From: Eubacteriales bacterium
GTDB lineage: Bacteria > Bacillota > Clostridia > Oscillospirales > CAG-272
Assembly (NCBI GenBank): GCA_034086705.1
Contig: JAXDZV010000006.1
Location: 6,341-70,340 of the forward strand
Reading direction: 5' to 3'
Length of the DNA stretch: 64,000 bases
Of this stretch, positions 58,974-64,000 are shown piece by piece (within the stretch, counting starts at the first letter, position 1; each line of letters starts with the position of its first letter). The translations under genes and the position numbers were made by a program. The notes beneath the pieces are model-generated. The model was not told the origin of the DNA. It saw nothing but the letters and a program-made list of their open reading frames with translations, and did no database searches.

Positions 58974-61267
58974 AGGTCCGATCCTTTCGACTGTTCATTT
59001 TGTGCGGTGTCTGTGCCAATGGCGGCCAGCTCCTGCGGGGTCATCTCACGCTTATAACCGCAGGCCTTATCGTGGCAAAGCACGTAGTTTTTTCCTTTTT
59101 TTGCATATAACAGCTTGCCGCAGCTTGGACAGGTTTGTGGCAGAGGAAGATCCCAGGAAGAAAAATCACAATCGGGATATTGCTCACAAGAGTAAAAAAT
59201 ACGTCGATTTTTTCCCTGCCGCTGCAAGATTTGGGCGCCGCATTTCGGACAGGATACACCGATGGGGTGCTTAATCTGCAAAGTGTTCTTGCATTCCGGA
59301 TAGCGGCTGCAGGCATAGAAATTTCCGTATCGCCCCGGCCGCACCACCATATCTGCACCGCACAGCTCACACTTCAGCCCGGTCGGCTGCGCAGGCTGTG
59401 ATGCAGTTTGGTCGGGAGCGATCAGGGGTTTTGTGTTGCGGCACGCAGGGTAATTGGGACATGCCGCAAATTTCCCATAGCGCCCGTTTTTTACAACCAT
59501 AGTTGCACCGCACTTTTCACAGATTAAATCTGTTTTTTCTTCTGCAAGTGTTACCGCACTTTCCGGTGCATGCGCCTCCGCGTTCTCCAAAGCTGCGGCA
59601 AACTCGCCGTAAAACCCGGAAAGAACTGTTTCTACCGTGCACTTGCCTGCGGCGATTGCGTCCAGCTCCTCCTCCATATCGGCGGTAAAAGCACAATCAA
59701 CGATTTTTGGAAAGTATTCCAGCATGAGCTTGTTGGTAACTTCTCCCAGTTGTGTCGGTTTGAGAGCTTTTCCTTCCCGTACAACGTATCCGCGGGAAAG
59801 AATTGTAGAGATAATCGTTGCATACGTCGAAGGCCGTCCGATGCCGCTCTCTTCAAAGAAATTGATCAGAGAAGCTTCCGTATACCGCGCAGGTGGCTCG
59901 GTCATGTGCTCTTTGGGGGTGATGGAGACAACGGGCAACACGGTGCCTTTTTCCAGTGCCGGCATACGTATCCCCTTACCGGCAGTATCGCCCTGCTCTT
60001 CCTCCTCTTCATAGACAGCGGTGTAACCGGGGAAACGCACCGTATAGCCGCTTGCACGGAAGGGCTCTTTGCCTCCTTGCAGCTCCACGTTTACAGTATC
60101 AAGTTGTGCACTGGCCATTTGCGAGGCTAGAAACCGATTCCATATTAACCGATACAGCTTAAACTGGTCTGCGCTGAGTTGCTTTTTGATTTTTTCGGGT
60201 GCAAAACGCATATCGGAGGGGCGGATGGCTTCATGCGCATCCTGTGCGTTCCTGCGGGATTTATAGATCCGTGGCTTTTCAGGATAATATTCCGCACCAT
60301 AGGTGTTGACGATATACGTTTGTGCCGCTGCTTGCGCTTCCTGACTGATGCGCAAAGAGTCGGTACGCATATAACTGATCAAGCCGTTTACCCCGCCCAG
60401 GGCGGCGCCAAGGTCTATTCCTTCGTACAGTTCCTGTGCAACGCGCATTGTGCGGCTGGTCTGAAATCCAAGGCGACGATTGGCCTCTTGTTGCAAAGTA
60501 GAGGTGATAAAGGGGGGCTGCGGCGCTTTTTGCCGTACAGCTTTTTTTACTGCGGTCACGGTCATGCTTTGTCCGACAGCGGCGATCACTTGATCTGCCT
60601 GTGCGCGGGAGGAAAGCGTGGAATGCGGACCCTCTCCGCCGGCATATCGAACGTCAAGCGGTTTTCCCCCCGGGGTATTCACGGTGGCTTGCAATGTCCA
60701 GTATTCCGTTGGTACAAAAGCGCGAATTTCATTTTCACGGTCCACGATGACGCGTGTTGCAACAGATTGTACGCGCCCGGCGCTTAACCCGCTACGAACC
60801 GTTTTCCATAAAAACGGACTGAGTTTATAGCCGACGATCCGGTCTAAAATGCGGCGCGCCTGCTGTGAATTGACCAAATCCATATCGATCGCACGGGGAT
60901 TTTTCATGCCGGCGCGAACAGCGGTTTTGGTTACTTCGTTGAACGTTACGCGGCGAACCTTAGCAGGATCGATGGCAAGAGCCGTGGCAAGATGCCAGGA
61001 GATGGCTTCTCCTTCACGGTCCGGGTCGGTCGCAAGGTAGACATATTTTGCCGCTTTTGCTTCTTTTTTCAGTGTGCGAATCAAATCGCCTTTGCCGCGG
61101 ATGTTGATATATTTCGGTGCAAAACCATTTTCAACGTCGACAGCCAGCCGGCTTTTCGGCAAATCACGGATATGACCGTCTGAGGCCAGAACCTTATAGC
61201 CGCTGCCGAGAAATCCTTTCACCGTCGCAGCTTTATGGGGAGACTCCAGAATTACAAGATTAGCCAT
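58970..61267 (-). CDS. topA: DNA topoisomerase I
   Basis: The TOPRIM N-terminus LVILESPHKA, the active-site region ISYMRTDS and C-terminal CxxC zinc ribbons. Confidence 0.95.
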   Translation of the reverse strand: MANLVILESPHKAATVKGFLGSGYKVLASDGHIRDLPKSRLAVDVENGFAPKYINIRGKGDLIRTLKKEAKAAKYVYLATDPDREGEAISWHLATALAIDPAKVRRVTFNEVTKTAVRAGMKNPRAIDMDLVNSQQARRILDRIVGYKLSPFLWKTVRSGLSAGRVQSVATRVIVDRENEIRAFVPTEYWTLQATVNTPGGKPLDVRYAGGEGPHSTLSSRAQADQVIAAVGQSMTVTAVKKAVRQKAPQPPFITSTLQQEANRRLGFQTSRTMRVAQELYEGIDLGAALGGVNGLISYMRTDSLRISQEAQAAAQTYIVNTYGAEYYPEKPRIYKSRRNAQDAHEAIRPSDMRFAPEKIKKQLSADQFKLYRLIWNRFLASQMASAQLDTVNVELQGGKEPFRASGYTVRFPGYTAVYEEEEEQGDTAGKGIRMPALEKGTVLPVVSITPKEHMTEPPARYTEASLINFFEESGIGRPSTYATIISTILSRGYVVREGKALKPTQLGEVTNKLMLEYFPKIVDCAFTADMEEELDAIAAGKCTVETVLSGFYGEFAAALENAEAHAPESAVTLAEEKTDLICEKCGATMVVKNGRYGKFAACPNYPACRNTKPLIAPDQTASQPAQPTGLKCELCGADMVVRPGRYGNFYACSRYPECKNTLQIKHPIGVSCPKCGAQILQRQGKNRRIFYSCEQYPDCDFSSWDLPLPQTCPSCGKLLYAKKGKNYVLCHDKACGYKREMTPQELAAIGTDTAQNEQSKGSDL

Positions 61268-61347
61268 GCGTGTGATTCCTTTCCTTAATATGGAACTACC
61301 CGCAAAATGTCGATGTGCCCGAATAGCCGGAACACCGACGGCGGATA

Positions 61348-62658
61348 TTATATCTGTTTTTTTAGGGCATAGCGGTCTCCGGGTGCAAGTGTTATATACC
61401 CGTCAAGCTCAAGCTGCATCAAAGGCAGAGCCAACTCCTGTAAAGAAAGGCCGGTTTGCTGAGCAAGCTCTGTGCTGGTTGCACCGTTTGGGGAAAAAGA
61501 GCGCAATGCTTGCAAAATAACCGTGCACGGTTCTTCTGCTGCGGCGGGCGACGCAGTGCCGCCTGCGGTTGGATGCCTGACAGAGGTGTTGCCATTTCCG
61601 CTGCTGTAAGCGTCTTTTCGTTTTGAGGGGACCGAAGAAGCGGGAGAAACCTTATGCATATGCGCAGTATGCGGTGCTGTTCCGCGGGCGTTGTCATTGC
61701 AGCACAGTGCGTCGCTTCCAAAGCGCGGCAAGGGAGAATACGTGTCTAAATCGACCGCACCGGCAGAGGAGTAAGCCGACCGCAGCGCGGGAAAAAGGGG
61801 AAGCACGTCCCGGGCGGCGGTTACAATTTGTGCGCCGTTGCGGAGCAGGGAAAGATTTCCGGCATAGCGCTCGTCTTGCAAATTGCCGGGTACTGCAAAA
61901 AGCATTCTCCCTTGTGAGAGCGCATATTCCGCCGTGCGCAGCGCGCCGCTTCCGGCGGGTGCCTGCACAACGACAACTGCGTTTGAAAGACCGCTGATGA
62001 TTCGATTGCGAGCCGGAAAATAACGCGGCAGCGGTGGCGTAAAAGGCGGATATTCCGAAAGCAGCAGCCCGTGGGAGCAAATCTTTTCTGCTAAATTGCG
62101 ATGTTGTGACGGATATATTTTGCAAAGGCCGCTGCCGAGTACGGCAACGGTGTATCCCCCGCCATCCAAAGCACCTTGATGTGCCATGCCGTCGATGCCG
62201 AGTGCCATGCCGCTGATAACGATAGCTCCTGCCCTGGCAAACGCGTAAGAGAGATCATATGCAGTTTTACTACCTGCAGCATCCATACGGCGCGTACCCA
62301 CAACAGCAATTCCGGGCATTTCGTGTGGTGGCGCAAGCGTACCTCGCGCATATAAGACCGGCGGCGCGAAAGGGATTTCGCGCAAAGAAGCCGGATACTG
62401 TGGATCACAGATGCCAATCACAGAGATATCCTCAGCCTGGCATACTGCTTGTATATGCCTTGCGGCATCGAGCGACTTGTCTATGAGTTGCGCACAGGCG
62501 TTTTCACTTAAAAACGGCAAAGCCTGCAGTGTGGCAATCTGTGCCTGATAGATTGCCTGCACCGATCCGCAGCTGCGCAACAATGCGGTTGTATCAAAAC
62601 GGGCGGTGTGCGCTGCCTGGGAAAGCCATAAACAGAAAAGTTGCTCTTGTTCGTTCAT
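61348..62658 (-). CDS. dprA: DNA-processing protein DprA
   Basis: ATG 62658 (GGAGGAG RBS, ATGA overlap with the upstream gene). Motifs VVGTRRMD, ISGMALGIDG and a C-terminal winged-helix after a low-complexity linker. Confidence 0.9.
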   Translation of the reverse strand: MNEQEQLFCLWLSQAAHTARFDTTALLRSCGSVQAIYQAQIATLQALPFLSENACAQLIDKSLDAARHIQAVCQAEDISVIGICDPQYPASLREIPFAPPVLYARGTLAPPHEMPGIAVVGTRRMDAAGSKTAYDLSYAFARAGAIVISGMALGIDGMAHQGALDGGGYTVAVLGSGLCKIYPSQHRNLAEKICSHGLLLSEYPPFTPPLPRYFPARNRIISGLSNAVVVVQAPAGSGALRTAEYALSQGRMLFAVPGNLQDERYAGNLSLLRNGAQIVTAARDVLPLFPALRSAYSSAGAVDLDTYSPLPRFGSDALCCNDNARGTAPHTAHMHKVSPASSVPSKRKDAYSSGNGNTSVRHPTAGGTASPAAAEEPCTVILQALRSFSPNGATSTELAQQTGLSLQELALPLMQLELDGYITLAPGDRYALKKQI

Positions 62659-63485
62659 ATGCGCTCCTCCCGTCGAACGGTTTCCCAAATCAGAAGGGCG
62701 GCAGCTGCTGCCGCATTGAGACTCTCGCTGCCGGGCGTCATGGGGATTTGAACCGCGCCGCAGCAGGCTTGTGCAGCCGCGGCGGAGAGCCCATGCCCTT
62801 CATTGCCAACAGCAAAGACAACAGCGGGTGGCAGTGCATCGGTTCCCAAACGCAGACCATCTGCACGCGGCATGGCTGCCAGAGGCACATACCCTGCGCG
62901 ACGCAAACTGTGTAGATACGCAGCGGCATCCGTGCACAGATCGATGCGCTGGCGAAACAGCGCACCCATCGCTGCACGAACTACGCGTGGATGATATAGC
63001 TCTGCACAGCCGCAAAGACACAGCCTGTCTATGCCTAATGCGGCGGCTGTGCGCAACACGGTCCCCACATTTCCCGGATCCTGCAGGTTTTCACACAAAA
63101 AAATTTTTTCCGTAACGGCGGAGTTTGCAGGCGAGGCGCCTTCATACATTGTAACTGTTTTTACAGTTTTGTCAAGAGCGGCAGCAATGCAAAAGACCCC
63201 TTGCGGCGCTTTTTCAAGGCTAAGCTTATCGTATACTGCCTGCGTAACCGTAAAGCGCTGTACGGATGGATCAAGTTGCTCCAGTAGAGCTGCTGTTTGC
63301 TCTGCACAGGAGGAAGTGACAAAAACGGCACGAAGCGGAATCCCGCAAAAGATTGCTTCTTTGAGCAGTTTAACTCCCTCAAAGCAAAAAGTGCCGCTGC
63401 GTGTGCGTTCTTTTTTTTCGTGCAGTTTTACGGCAGCTTGCACCGTTGCGTTTTGGCGACTGCTGATCCAGATGTTTTGCTCCAT
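62655..63485 (-). CDS. TrmH/SpoU family RNA 2'-O-methyltransferase (RlmB/YsgA-like)
   Basis: Trimmed to ATG 63485. N-terminus ISSRQNATVQAAVKLHEKKER...FCFEGVKLLKEA, plus motifs LQDPGNVGTVLRTAAA, VFAVGNEGHGLS and IPM..G.ESLNAAAAAA. Confidence 0.8.
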   Translation of the reverse strand: MEQNIWISSRQNATVQAAVKLHEKKERTRSGTFCFEGVKLLKEAIFCGIPLRAVFVTSSCAEQTAALLEQLDPSVQRFTVTQAVYDKLSLEKAPQGVFCIAAALDKTVKTVTMYEGASPANSAVTEKIFLCENLQDPGNVGTVLRTAAALGIDRLCLCGCAELYHPRVVRAAMGALFRQRIDLCTDAAAYLHSLRRAGYVPLAAMPRADGLRLGTDALPPAVVFAVGNEGHGLSAAAAQACCGAVQIPMTPGSESLNAAAAAALLIWETVRREERI

Positions 63486-63603
63486 GTCCGTCGGCGTTCG
63501 CTGTAGCCGCGACGCACTCCTTTCGTGCTTTTTCGCTCCTTCATACAATAACGCAAAAACCAAAGCATACGCACGCGCAGCTTTGGTTTTTTCGGGTCAT
63601 ATC

Positions 63604-63957
63604 TTACAGTGCGGCTTTTGCCTGCTCTGCCAGGGCCGCAAAGGCTTCCTTATCGTTGACGGCAAGCTCTGCGAGCATCTTGCGGTTAAGGATCACACCT
63701 GCTTTTTTCAGACCGTGCATCAGGGTGGAGTAATTCATGCCGCAAACCTTAGCCTGCGCGGAAATACGAGTGATCCAAAGAGAACGGAAGTCTCTTTTCT
63801 TTTGCTTTCTGCCGATGAAGGCATAATTGCCGCTCTTCATGACGGCTTGTTTTGCCATCTTAAAATGCTTGCTCTTGGCGCCCCAATATCCTTTTGCTGC
63901 CTTGAGTACTTTATTTCTTCTCTTGCGCGTCATCATCGCGCCCTTGACTCTTGCCAT
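63604..63957 (-). CDS. rplT: 50S ribosomal protein L20
   Basis: [42 protein letters not shown]... Confidence 0.97.
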   Translation of the reverse strand: MARVKGAMMTRKRRNKVLKAAKGYWGAKSKHFKMAKQAVMKSGNYAFIGRKQKKRDFRSLWITRISAQAKVCGMNYSTLMHGLKKAGVILNRKMLAELAVNDKEAFAALAEQAKAAL

Positions 63958-64000
63958 TGCTCTCTACCAATCCTTTCTTGTACGCAGTCGTGGTTTTATT

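Noticed and set aside
63958-64000. A possible 3' end of rpmI (L35) upstream of rplT.
   Set aside because: At most a stop codon and two nucleotides of coding sequence would be inside the window, so no translation is available to support the call.

Overview
This window reads as a chromosomal origin-of-replication neighbourhood from a Firmicutes/Clostridia-type bacterium; the taxon is inferred from gene content, and GC looks moderately high by eye but was not computed. I call about 54 protein-coding genes and no tRNA, rRNA or CRISPR. On the minus strand sits the classic block dnaA-dnaN-recF-(DUF370)-gyrB-[pfkB-like kinase]-gyrA-tsaD. It is followed by a Rex regulator, a DnaD-like/DnaI-like helicase-loader pair, metG and tatD. 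On the plus strand, about 36 kb from dnaA, lies rpmH-rnpA-yidD-yidC-jag, which normally abuts dnaA. The right flank carries uxaC, an SDR, uvrA, uvrB, pepF, rnc, plsX, trmFO, topA, dprA and rplT. The most interesting signals are non-coding. (1) An oriC-like core lies in the dnaA-dnaN spacer, with DnaA boxes, TAG/TAA trio-like repeats and an AT-rich tract. (2) A second dense cluster of five near-consensus DnaA boxes lies about 9.5 kb away at 34.8 kb, next to an AT-rich tract. (3) Two perfect 16-bp parS palindromes sit 315 bp apart at 28.5-28.9 kb. (4) Origin synteny is broken, with a convergent strand switch at about 22 kb that coincides with a small, apparently degraded accessory locus (truncated TetR plus a small DUF6809-like ORF). 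I found no convincing novel multi-gene system such as a defence island, toxin-antitoxin pair or biosynthetic cluster, and most of the window is housekeeping. One real gene at the left edge (1..2003, minus strand) is missing from the ORF track because it runs off the window. Several track ORFs carry spurious N-terminal extensions, which I trimmed using RBS and family N-termini. All functional calls come from reading the translations by eye; no database search was run.
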